64,000 nt of DNA from Octopus vulgaris (GCA_951406725.2 OX597834.1:18538001-18602000); one strand, 5' to 3'; positions 11,560 through 23,335 are shown, counted from the stretch's first letter. Notes: a model not told the origin generated them from the letters alone. A program made the numbers and translations.

Positions 11560-12730
11560 TTCAGTACCAGTAAAAACTGGGGGCACATGGTATCGACTAA
11601 CATCCTTCTTTCTCAAATTGATGACTTTGAACCTAGATCAGAAGTGGCAGAATCGTTAGTATGCCGGACAAAATGCTTAGCGGTATTTCGTCCACCTGCA
11701 TGTTGTGAGCTTCGCAGGGGCAGTCTCTGCCTTTCATTCTTTCGGGATCAATTAAATAAGTACTTATTGAGTAGAGGCGTCGATGTAATCGACTTATCCC
11801 CTTCCCCCCCAAAATTGCTGGCTTTGTGCCAAAATTCGAAAACATTATTATTATGGTGATGGATTGTCAGAACCGTTAGAGAGTCTGATAAAACGCGTTG
11901 TGGCATTTTCTCGGACTCTTTGCGTTATTAAGTGAAATCCCACCACGGCCAACCTTGCTGATCATCCTTCCGGAATTGATAAAATAACATACCTAAAAAG
12001 TTGATGTAATCAACGAACCCACTCCACTCGAAACAATGTTGCATTTGTGGCAAATAAAAGAAATAATAATAATAATAATAATAATCATTATTATGGCGGC
12101 GAGCTGGCAGAATCGTTAGCACGATAGACGAAACGCTTAGTGGTACTTCGCTCGTCGCTACCTTCAGAGTTCAAATTCCGCTGAGGTTCACTTTGTCTTT
12201 CATCTTTTCGGGGTTGATAAATTAAGTACCAGTCGTACACTGGAGTCGATGTAATCGACTTATCTTCTTCACCAAAACTGCTGCCCTTGTGGCAAAATTT
12301 GAAACCATTATCAATATCAAGTCGGCGAGCTGGCACAATCATTAGCACGCTGGACAAAATGCTTTGCGGTATTTCGTCTGCTGTTACGTTCTGAGTTCAA
12401 ATTCCGCCGAGGTCGACTTTGCCTTTCATCCTTTCGGGGTCGATTAAATAAGTACCAGTTACGCACTGGGTTCGATATAATCGACTTAATCCGTTTGTCT
12501 GTCCTTGTTTGTCCCCTCTGTGTTTAGCCCCTTGTGGGTAGTAAAGAAATAGGTATTTCGTCTGCCGCCACGTTCTGAGTTCAAGTTTCGCCGAGGTCGA
12601 CTTTGCCTGTCATCTTTTCGGGTTCGATAAATTAAGTACCAGTGGAGTACTGAGGTCGATGTAATCGACTTAACCTCCTCCCGCAAACTTCAGGCTTTGT
12701 GCCTTAAATAAAAAGGATTACTACTCTTAT
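11560..12730 (+). mobile_element. Head-to-tail array of about 6 SINE family B copies (Meta-SINE-like core)
   Basis: Repeated GGCGAGCTGGCAGAATCGTTAGCAC...GAGTTCAAATTCC...GGTCGACTTTGCCTTTCATCCTTTCGGGGTCGATAAA...AGTACC, separated by (ATT)n/(AAT)n tails. Confidence 0.85.
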
Positions 12731-13379
12731 TATTGCCGTCGTGTTGTAGCGGTGAATATTGGCAGTCATATTTATTTGTCAAAGCACAGCTGCTTTCTCG
12801 CCCATTTTCAAATTGATGTCTATCTTCCACGCCTTACTCGATCGACCCACTTCAGGTTTAGATAAAACTGTTGACATTAATTACTGTTTTTCTCCGACTG
12901 TAAGAAACACGAGTTCGTTTCACTGCTCGTGATACTTTTCGTCTTTTCCCCTTTAATCTTTCATTTTCATGTTACGGCTGTTTAAAAATATTTTTTTTCA
13001 TTACTTGTCCCTCCTCACACACGACATTATACAATAGCCAAATTCAATATTAACTAATCGACTTAAATCATATAATCGTACGAGATTAATAAAATTCTTA
13101 GAGAATATTCTAGGTGCTGAAACGAGACAATGGTGTACTTTAACTGTGTCGCATCTAATAAACTGGCCTCATTAAAGATCATTAAAAATACGACTCGGTG
13201 ATTGCTGATATCAATCTAATCTTCGTATTTAGAGCAGAATATATGCCTCAACGAAATTAAATGTTTACATACACAAATCCAACAGTTTTTGTCCTATACA
13301 ACATCTGTTATTTATGTCAGTGACTTATTGTTAAACTTACTTTATTAGTGAGAAAGTCCAGGGACAGAAAAATGTAGAG

Positions 13380-13716
13380 CGGTGGTTTTCAACTGGGATC
13401 TATATGACTCCTAAAAGAGTTCATATAACATTTTTGGAGATCCACGCAGCAAAATAGTAAATTTGGGATTCACCGCATTTCAAGGACCTTTGAAATATTT
13501 TTTTAAACTTTAAAACAACTATGTTTCTTTCTCTAACATTTTCCATAGTTCAACCTACACAAGTTAATGTATTAAAAGCAAAATAGGAATTTTGAAAGAA
13601 GTTTCTATGAAACTAGTTTTTAAGCATCGAATGGCTTTGGGAGTCCACCAGAATAAAAGAGTAATCAAAGGGGTCCATTGGTTAAAAAAAGAAAAAAAAA
13701 TGGTTGAGAACCGTTG
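13380..13716. mobile_element. hAT-type MITE
   Basis: TIRs CGGTGGTTTTCAAC and GTTGAGAACCGTTG; 8-bp TSD ATGTAGAG/ATGTACAG. Confidence 0.75.
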
Positions 13717-15389
13717 ATGTACAGTGTTAACATTCAAGAAAGAGAATACGAAAATTCAGTGATATTGCAGTTAATAACCGACTTCAACAAGAATAGAAAA
13801 CGTTGACTTACAACTAATTTTATGTTCTCTCTTTACTTGGTAGTTAAGACCTCGTCTGCCTCTCATGTGGCCATTATTACAATCTATGGACATAGACTGG
13901 ACAGTGGAAAGAGTAAAGCATGTCCACAATGCAACACTCCACAATTATTGTATGTATTGTTTATGATCTTAATGTACAGTCTGACCCTTACCCAGACGAA
14001 GATGAGCTAGAGTATCAATACGCCAAGGCCCAAATGCATTATGTTGTCTCGTGAAAGAGGGAGAGAACAAAAGGGAGGGAGAAAGAGAGGGAGAGAGATG
14101 TGTCAATGACATGCGGTAGGGGCGAACGCAATATTTATCACGTGGTTAAAAATCTGGTTAATAGTAATAGATTATTTGGTTGACCTTATTAGAAACGTCG
14201 GCTTTGATTAAAAAAGAAAAAAAAAAAAAAAAAAACGTGCGAGAACCAAAAGAATTAGATCTTCAAATATTATTGGTGCTGCTTCTTTTGACGAATTTAA
14301 TCCTCGTTTTTTCTAATTACAGTTGAAGCAGCTGATAAATCTATCTTTAAACAACTTCTCCCGTTATCAAGGTATTATGATTACAAAATCATGAAAAAAA
14401 AAAAAAGGTTGAATAAATACTTGTCTGTTTTTTGAGATTAAAAACTGGACTACTGAGGGAATTTATAATTCCATGGAACCTTTCTTGGAACATCAAAGAA
14501 CTCCACGAAAGATCACCAAATCTCATCGGCTTTGCAAAGTGATAATAGTAACAGTAGTGCTATGACGGGTGAAAGAGTTGGTGTTTAACCCTTATCAAAG
14601 CAAACCGGTCCTTTCTCTTCTTGCACACAATTGACTTTCCAATGCAATGTACTTTTGTGCATCCAAGGATCGTTTCATAAGTAAGTAATTTTGAAGAATT
14701 AGAAAAAGTGTATATTTTCTAAACAGAATAAAGAGCTGAGGTGAATGCAAAGACTTTCAAATATTCGTTAATATTTATCAAAAAAATATTGCACGTTACT
14801 TGTACTCGGTTTTATTCCAGAAGGTCGTACAGGATTGTCTCAACGGTGACTTGCACTTTTCATATATTTTCCAACTCGACTTCGTCAGAAAATAATGTTT
14901 GCATGGCCTCTTACAAAAAGTCCTTTTATAAAAATTCACTTCGTATTCTTTGCATTTATATCGCCGGACGCAAATAGGCTCAGCGTAGAGTTTAAAGCCG
15001 AAAATATGAGACAGTGTAATCCCAAGGGGGTGAAGTGCCTTCAATACCATCCCTTCTGTTGCAAGCATTCGGGTCAAGTTTCCAGTCTGAGAATAACTTT
15101 TTTCCCTTCTCTTACCCCAACTTTCGACGCCCATTTTTGTGGCGTTCGTTTTTTTTTTTTCTCTTTTAAAAATTAATTGGAAGCAAAAAAAAAACTGAAA
15201 TGACTCATACAATACAGAATGAATAATAAAACAAAATAATGTAAGTCAATTTTGTTTGTGTCGTATGAGTCATTTGAGTGAGTAGTGTCTAAATTAAAAA
15301 CAAAACGAAGAGCATAAGCACTGATGTGTGTGTGAGTGTGTAATATTCGCAATTAAACGAATTCATACTAAAAAAGGCGAAACACTTAC

Positions 15390-15396
15390 CTTACAT
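15390..15396 (-). other. Candidate 7-nt microexon ATGTAAG of the GLIPR2-like gene
   Basis: cttttctattatgcag|ATGTAAG|gtaagtg: good acceptor and consensus donor. Confidence 0.45.
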
Positions 15397-15665
15397 CTGC
15401 ATAATAGAAAAGAAACGGTAACACACATACACACAACTAAAACATTACGAAAATAATGCTTCTATTTTCACCGAAATGTGTCTAATCTGTCCTACATTTG
15501 ATAGACGAGTTCATAATCAATAAAAAAAAGTTCTGTCAGAGACGGCTTAACAGGAATGTAACGAGTGTTTGTTTCCACAACCCCCACCACACACACACTA
15601 CTGGAGTTGATAGTATACCAGACTCACCACCAAAAGAACGGTGGTTCGTGTTCAAGTCGACTTAC

Positions 15666-15745
15666 CTTCAAATGGTTTCGTCAACAAATTTCCAATTCCT
15701 CAATCGTACACGAACAACAATTCATTGCTGTCAGCACGACAGCTG
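15666..15745 (-). other. Candidate non-coding 5' exon of the GLIPR2-like gene
   Basis: Consensus donor GAAG|gtaagtc at 15666/15665. The 5' boundary is uncertain. Confidence 0.35.
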
Positions 15746-16776
15746 TTAGTTGGGTAAATCTTACGTTTTAAGCTAGGTATTGGCGAATTGCCAATACCTA
15801 AAATCTTATGGGGTTGCACCTGGGATCACAGGTGTGATATTTGATTCCACAAATTTATACATATGAAACGGGTGTAAAATAACTATTTTGGTCTTAAAAT
15901 TTGTTTCTACAACACACACACAGCTACAGGAGTCACGAACTACAGCGCATTAGATTTCGTGTCTCAGTGGATCTAGATTTGATAACTCAGATTTCTACCT
16001 TCAAATATTGTTGTTTTGTCCCCTCATATCATACCTTAGCGTATTAACGATATCTGAGAGGTGAAATGATATCTACTGAGAACTGAAACCATATCATCAC
16101 ATTGGAAGTGATTATGCTGACAAAATTTCTACATTTTCGAAAAATCTAAACAAAACTTTATTTGTGCAGAATGGTGCCAAATTTTATCAACAAATCTGTC
16201 ATGTTTATCGTCTGCACGACAATCCCCACCCCCTGAACATGCAATTTAATTGAAATATTCAGTTTATCTTCAAAACTTTCGTAAACACCCTTGCAAGTAT
16301 TCACTGTCATCTATAATATACATGTTCGGTTACTGACTTTCAAATATAAATTATTTCCCTAAACAAACGTAGACTGCCTATCATACAGACAATGTTTACA
16401 ATAAAATATTTAAAACCTATTTTCAGCTTTGCTGCAAAAATAATTTGACTGAAATTACTCCTCCAAATATTTTAGGCAAACCACAAGGCGAGAGCTTACT
16501 GGTTCAGTTTTCCAACTGAAGAGTCAATAAACTCGTGAAACATGGAGAGATATTTTGTCTCTGTGCTCTTCCGAAAACTTTTAGAGTGTACTTTCAACAT
16601 CGTGGAATATCACAAATATTGACCCAAGATTTCTCATATTGAGATACTTGGTAAACACGCTGCAATGTTAGGTTTTATTTCATATAATTTGCACCCTAGA
16701 TGGAGGTGGGGTAGATTGGTCCAGCCCGCGCAACGCTTTTGAGGATGACATTTTTGGGCTTGCAGTACAAACAAAC

Positions 16777-16871
16777 CTATCTGGGGGCACGAAGTCCTGG
16801 AGGAGGCGAGCAGCAAACTCAAGGGCTACCGCGGGCGGAAAACACCTAAGCTTTTCGACTGTGTGCACCAT
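16777..16871 (-). CDS. Candidate alternative first coding exon (MVHTVEKLRCFPPAVALEFAARLLQDFVPPD)
   Basis: GC-rich unique island with an ATG, 95 nt open, donor AG|gtttgt. Phase 2 is compatible with the 7-nt microexon and the 6249 acceptor. Confidence 0.4.
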
Positions 16872-17402
16872 GTATTTTCGTTGTATTTCACGGAAGATAC
16901 CGAGAGCAAACGAGCTCCGGATCGACTAATTCTCTATTACTACAAGCATTATAAATTATAGACATAGGGGCAATAATCGTGAGTGGTAATATCGACAGAC
17001 GATCAAGAAACCCACACAACGAGCATTTTCACTGCCTCACACTGGCTTTGGCTAAAATTCCTGAATGTCAAAACTTTAATGGTTCGTGAGAATAAAAAAA
17101 TAATAATAATCTAAGAAACAACAACAACATGCCGTTACTTCAGTTTGTTCCAGATCATGACTTTTGATGAAAGAAAATTATTAATGGCCTGTAAATCCTT
17201 TCTGACTATGTTTGACTCAACCATGACCACAGCACAAACCTTTCCCACTAAACTGAAACATAGATCTACATTTATGTACACATTTGTAGCTGTAAGGAAA
17301 GCAAGAACTAAGGCTTTAAACTCTACGCTGAGGAGGAAGAGGACATGAGTTCTAACCGCTTTAACGAAAGGGTGAATGTGTTTCATCACTGGTCTAACTT
17401 AC

Positions 17403-17411
17403 CTTGACAGG
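17403..17411 (-). other. Candidate 9-nt microexon CCTGTCAAG (or 3' end of a first exon)
   Basis: Long pyrimidine tract ...cgttttttttattag|CCTGTCAAG|gtaagtt. Confidence 0.4.
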
Positions 17412-17793
17412 CTAATAAAAAAAACGAGGCGTGTAAAGCGTAAAAAGGAGAATAGGTAGATTTAAGTGGGTCGTATTGTTTCAGTTTGTTGGGTAACGGA
17501 GTGTTTATGCCAAATACTTTCAAAGAAAAACTAAGGGCTAAGAAAAAAAATGAACATTGAAATATAAAAGTTTCCTTGTTTTATTTTTAGGTAAGAGATC
17601 ATCTTGAGGGTCACTCGTGTCAAGTATTGAAAATGACAAGGCGAGACATAGATAAGTAATATAAACAACTACGGTTGATTGTTAAACAAACGTTCAGAGC
17701 AGCAGTCAAATGTCACATTTCTAGTTAACAATTGAAACAAGGAACTTTATCTTAAGCTGTGGCAAGAGATTCTCTATTTATGATATTTTTACT

Positions 17794-17825
<32 letters not shown>

Positions 17826-17989
17826 ACAAAATCCTGATTAAAATCATTTCCGCATCTAGACGATGTGCCTTAATTATCAAATGCTCATAGAGAACAGCCC
17901 CGTACGAGGAGGGAAGATCATCAAGAATCAAAAGTTTCCAAACTTATATACCGTTTTAGAAAAGAAGATTTATTATCTGCAAATATGAC

Positions 17990-18036
17990 CGACACGGACA
18001 CGCGTTTTCGCCTCACTAGGCGTCTTCAGTGTGACA
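17990..18036 (-). ncRNA. Degenerate minimal type I hammerhead ribozyme motif
   Basis: CTGAAGA-CGCCT-agtg-AGGC-GAAA-ACGCGT-GTC, with one extra A and an imperfect stem I. Confidence 0.5.
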
Positions 18037-18551
18037 ATTGTCCTACCTTCAGCAGCCAAGGGGCTTAGATGTACGAGTAGAATATATAATGTTTAGATTG
18101 CAGCACTACTTATTCCAGATTCTTTCAGACACGTTAAAGGATCTGAAGGACAAAATTCTGTTAAAGAGTCTAAAGTTGGAACCGAAATCATTTTTAGGAC
18201 TGACAATGCGGCTGTGTGTTAAGACGTTCGCTGCGCAATTTCTGATTAAAAAACACCATAGATAATCCTGGTTAAATATCTCTTACAAGAGGGTAGAGTC
18301 GACAAAAGCCTTGTACATCAAACTTGATTGACAGAAACCATTTGGAAATCCGCCAGAAAGGTCGTCTCTGTTCTAGGGTTACAGACATAAACCGTCGCCC
18401 GGCTGAACACCACCACACGACTCTCAGGTACTTCTGGCGGAAACTACTCTTTTGCATGTATTCAGGTCAGATTTCTGGTCAAAGGATAACTTTCTCTCCA
18501 TCACCCTCAGAGGCCCCTAAAAAGGTTTATGAGTGCTAAAGACCTTGTGTA

Positions 18552-18598
<47 letters not shown>

Positions 18599-18752
18599 TT
18601 CAACTTATGCCATACTTGGAGCCAACCGTGGGTCGGATTTGTAGTTCATATTGGATTTGGTACACACAGAGTTTACTACCAACAACTAAAGGGCGTTTTA
18701 CGTTACTGTTGTCTCAGTGCTAAGTAATCAGCCAATCCTGCAAACCCATCTG

Positions 18753-18814
<62 letters not shown>

Positions 18815-18939
18815 CAGAAGATAAAATAAATTTCGAACGCAGTGTTACTGTGAAAACTTAGAAGCTTGGGTAAATACCGTTAGAAAACCGAGAATCGAAC
18901 CAACCACCTCTCAGATATCGGCTACATAACAATCATTAA

Positions 18940-19247
18940 CCCCTTACCCAACAATTATTTTGAAAATAAATGTATTTTTTCAGACATATTTTTTAATTGT
19001 TTTATTTTACTATGTTTTGAATAGTGATTTCGAGGTATATTTCAAACCTTATTTATTATGAATTTTAATTCAATAATATTGATTTTAAATTACCACTTTG
19101 GGCAGAAACGAGTTAACCCGTTTTTAGACGAAGGAACTCGTTTGCTGTCGATTTTGGCGAGTCTATCTTTTGACGAGTTAACTCGCCAGAGATAGAAAAA
19201 AACGATTTCGGTCAAAATGAATATATTCGTTTCTGCCGGGTAAGGGG
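18940..19247. mobile_element. piggyBac-type MITE
   Basis: TTAA|CCCCTTACCC ... GGGTAAGGGG|TTAA. Confidence 0.85.
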
Positions 19248-19273
19248 TTAAGAATATGTTCTGGAATTTAGAA

Positions 19274-19513
19274 GGTAATCAATGATCAGTTGATTCGGAA
19301 ATTCCTGTATATGATGTGTTAGAGTAGAAATACTTACACACACAGGTCATACCTGGAAATTTCCTAACCAACTCAGCAATGATTACACACACAGACGTAC
19401 GTATGTGTGTATGTCAGGTAATCATTGTTGAACCGGATAGGAAATTCCCGTGTGTGTGTGTGTGAGTGTAGATTCTATCAGGTAATCATTAGTGAGCTGT
19501 TTCGGAAATTCCC
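19274..19513. promoter_or_regulatory. Four copies of composite GTAATCA-N15-GGAAATTYC (two carry exact kappaB sites)
   Basis: Copies at 19274-19306, 19355-19387 (inverted), 19417-19449 and 19481-19513. GGAAATTCCC is the reverse complement of GGGAATTTCC. Confidence 0.4.
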
Positions 19514-20691
19514 ATGTACAACCTTGCTGAATATTTTGTATTCATAGCTTCATGATAAGAAAGTAGGCAGTACCTATGCACTCGGTGCAGAGCCACCGAG
19601 ATTGGAAGGGGATGAGCCACGACTGTCGCGTTGTTGTTGAACCCTAGGTCGACATTTAACCCAACGATCAAAAGTTTTCCACCTATGACTAATCCTTCTT
19701 TTAGTGGCATTAAAAATTATTTACCGAATGTAATTTTCTTCCTTAAGATGTTAGGCAAGGTTGATTTGAGGGAAAGTTAGCTGCTATTTCTAGCAGGCTG
19801 AACAATCAGAAGCCCTTCGTAACTTTTGGGCTCCTACGACCGGAGTCGTGAGGATGTATGACCTGATTAGGACGTTGGGCTGAGGGTCATTAAGTTGTGT
19901 ATTTGGACCAGGGGGTGCATTGTGACATTTGGGGTGATAACCCTTTGATAAACTAGCATCCTGTTCAGCGGTGGTGGTGGTTTTTTACTTTCAGACCCCA
20001 AACTGGAAAACCTGGATAACTTCCTGAACCTTTTGCGTATAAATGACCAAAATCAGAACGTTGCCCCTGAACGGAAGGCCCGTCTGCTGCAGTGATCAAG
20101 GAAATCAGTTCTTGAAGAATAGATGGGGTGGGGGTGTTAGTTGATTACATCAATTCCAGTATTTGACTGATACTTTATTTTGCCGACCCCAGGGATGAAA
20201 GGTAGCGTTGACATTGGCGGAATTTGAACTCAGAACGTATAGAGTCAGAAGGAATACCGCTAAGCATCTTGTCAAACATGCTCATTGGAAATGAGCAAAT
20301 AAGGGAAATTGATTAATTTAAGGGTCGCGAGATCGAATCCCCTGAAATAGAATAAAAACACGACCGTGTTCATAGAGATGGTTCTGAATAGCGTCCTACA
20401 TCGAAACTCATTTATTTATATCTTCGACAAGGAGAGTGCACGTGCATCACTTGAAATTTCGTTATCTGACGACTACAACAAGTTGCACTTGAGTCAAGCA
20501 CGATGACAGACGCATCACACATCTTCCACCATCAATGTCCTAAGTGGGAAGAACTCCTTCGCTAATTGCTTTCATCTGGCGATGAGTGGTGTTGAGTGGA
20601 AAACCTCTATACACTCAAGTTTATAAACAGATTTTGTGTTAGTGACATACTTGATACACGAGTTAAGAACACTATTGTTTTACAAGAGTTG

Positions 20692-20768
<77 letters not shown>

Positions 20769-21720
20769 TATGTGTGTGCCCGCGCAACTGTTAGTCCAGA
20801 CGCGTTTTTTTAACTTCATTTTTTATTGTTTTCTTTCTTCATTCCTTTCTGTAGAAGAGCCTAGGTCCGAAACATCGAAGACTTACATTTTTCCTAAGCG
20901 TCAAACTAATACACCTTGTTTGTTGTTCCTTCACCTGTCTGTCTTTCGTACAATTTTGACCCCCCCCACCGCCCCCACCACCATACATCTATATTGAAGA
21001 GGGCGAGAGAAAGATAGAGATCTGTATCCTTAATATCTATTCTTTGGCCAAGTGATTTCACCTATTGTGCCGCATATAATCCGAACATGTGCCGCAAGTA
21101 GAGGCAAGCAGGAAATGTCAAAATTTTCATAAAACTTTGGCGTTTTAAAAGCACTCATCTCTTTTAAAACAACTGATTGTTTTTCCAATCATTTATTGAA
21201 ATAAACTTCAAAAAAGGCTGATGGTATTCCGTGGTACCCTTAACGTCTTAACCAGTGTCAATTTGACTGAAAAGATTTGAAGATAGTTGCTTCAGCAGTT
21301 TTAGAAATCTAACAATGATTATTGGAAATAAAACAATACGAAAGAAGGAGATCTACGCGGTCACATACCTTCCTAGAAGTAGCAGCTAAACTTTCCTAAA
21401 TTTCGTCCAACTGTCTTAAATCGTGAAAGACTTTGGATAATGTTTTCTATAACTTTATGTCCGGAAAAGAAAGAAAAAAAAAGCCAATGGAAAGAGCAGC
21501 TGGGACGTCTTTTATCATTGGTCAATTCCGCCGAGACTGACCAGCGACTACGCAGCGAGCGTAAAGTAAAGTATTGGTGGGCGAGAATTGTAGTGTTGGT
21601 CATCTCTCACTTTCACAGACACATATACAGGAATACTTAAGTACACACACACACGCACAGTACACTGTCATGCGTATACTGACAAGTACACACAGAACAC
21701 AATGAAGGTAAACAATATAT

Positions 21721-21955
21721 ATTTCTTTTACTACCCAAAAGGGGCTAAACACAGAGGAGACAAACAAGGACAGACAAACGGATTAAGTCGATTACATCGA
21801 CCCCAGTGCGTAACTGGTACTTAATTTATCGACCCCGGAAGGATGAAAGGCAAAGTCGACCTCGGCGGAATTTGAACTCGGAACGTAACGGCAGACGAAA
21901 TACGGCAACGCATTTCGCCCGGCGTGCTAACGTTTCTGCCAGCTATCCGCCTTCT
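21721..21955 (-). mobile_element. SINE family B, full length with TSD
   Basis: Flanked by the direct repeat ATGAAGGTAAACAATATAT at 21702-21720 and about 21957-21975. Confidence 0.9.
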
Positions 21956-22639
21956 ATGAAGGTAAACAATATATCAGAAAAAGAATTTCGAGAGAGAGAG
22001 AGAGAGAGAGAGAGAGTAATCTAATCGAAAGTTCATTTCACACAAAATATAAAAAAAAAAGAAAGAAAATATAAACAAAAATAAAAGACATAAATGCTGT
22101 TTATTAAGATTTCAAAGAAATAGTGAAACAAATAAATAAAAAAACCACAAACTGGAAATGCTGTTAATTAAAGAGGGAGAAATTGAGACATTTGAAGAGA
22201 AACCAACCTTAAACAAGACAAACGAATTATTTTAGGAAGGTAGATTAGGTCGGTGTGGCTGAGGTGGGAGAAGACAAACATGTTAGAAATGTTAGAGGAA
22301 GTCATTCCTGGAGGTCTGAACCTTTTTTTTCTTTTTTAGGAGAGGCAGATATAACCGTCTTAGATTATTGTAATCTTAGTATATCGTTACCATACCTGTA
22401 AGCTAACCTGCTGACTTTTGTTGCTTCAGATTGAAGGAGACAGCTCTAATAGCGCTTTGAACACATCCTATTAAACACTTTAAACACTGCTTGTTACGGC
22501 TGATTAATTTGCAGAATGCAATCGGATCGTGGAGACAATTTGGAAACAAAATTTTGAGTTAAACTGAGCAAAAACGTGACATTAGGTTCCCCAGACCGTT
22601 TATGGATTGACTTGTATGAACCGAACACCTATTTTTCGC

Positions 22640-23150
22640 TGGCACAAGAGGCCAAGCAAATTAAGTCCCCCGGGAATCTCAAGATGATCTTTTTTGACAA
22701 CCAGGGCATCAACATCCACTGAGTTTCCTCTGACCGGACGATCAACAAAGAGTGCTTAGAAGAGCTTTTTAGAGAATTCAAGAAGAGACATCGTCGCCAA
22801 AGACCAGAACACTTGCACCAAGACAATGCACCAGAACACAATTCCATCTTGGTAACCAGCTACCTGACAAAATGAGCATCAAAACTGTCCCTCATCCTCT
22901 CCACAGTCCAGATCTTGCTCCCCGTGAACTTTTGGTTGTTCTTAGGCAGAAGATGATGAAAGGACGCTGTGACAAGGGTCCTAGATACCTTCACTTTAGA
23001 GGACTTCCATGAGGTCTTCACGAAATAGCCGGAGCGATACAACAAACGTATTGAAGTCAGAGGGTTCTACTTTGAAGGAGAACAGAGTTTTGTATTTCTT
23101 TGAAATTAATAAATGTCGCTCCTTAAAAAAGTTTCAAGACTTCTGGAATA
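22640..23150 (+). pseudogene. mariner transposase C-terminal fragment
   Basis: MIFFDNQG, LHQDNAPEHNS and PHPLHSPDLAP motifs with stops and frameshifts. Confidence 0.85.
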
Positions 23151-23155
23151 CACAC

Positions 23156-23193
<38 letters not shown>

Positions 23194-23295
23194 AGATATT
23201 GATATTTTTGCCGTATTTACACGTGTAACAGTCACACCTCAGTTCTTTCAGTTAAGATTTAGTATAAAATAGTGCGACTATTACACGAGTTAATG

Positions 23296-23335
<40 letters not shown>

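Noticed and set aside
11560-12730. Regularly spaced repeats resembling a CRISPR array
   Set aside because: Units are ~200-bp SINEs in eukaryotic DNA, with no unique spacers or cas genes.
14796-15212. 138-aa minus-strand ORF
   Set aside because: No recognisable domain and it crosses homopolymer runs. The similar ending to ORF 17135-17389 (WNK..K) is too short to support paralogy.
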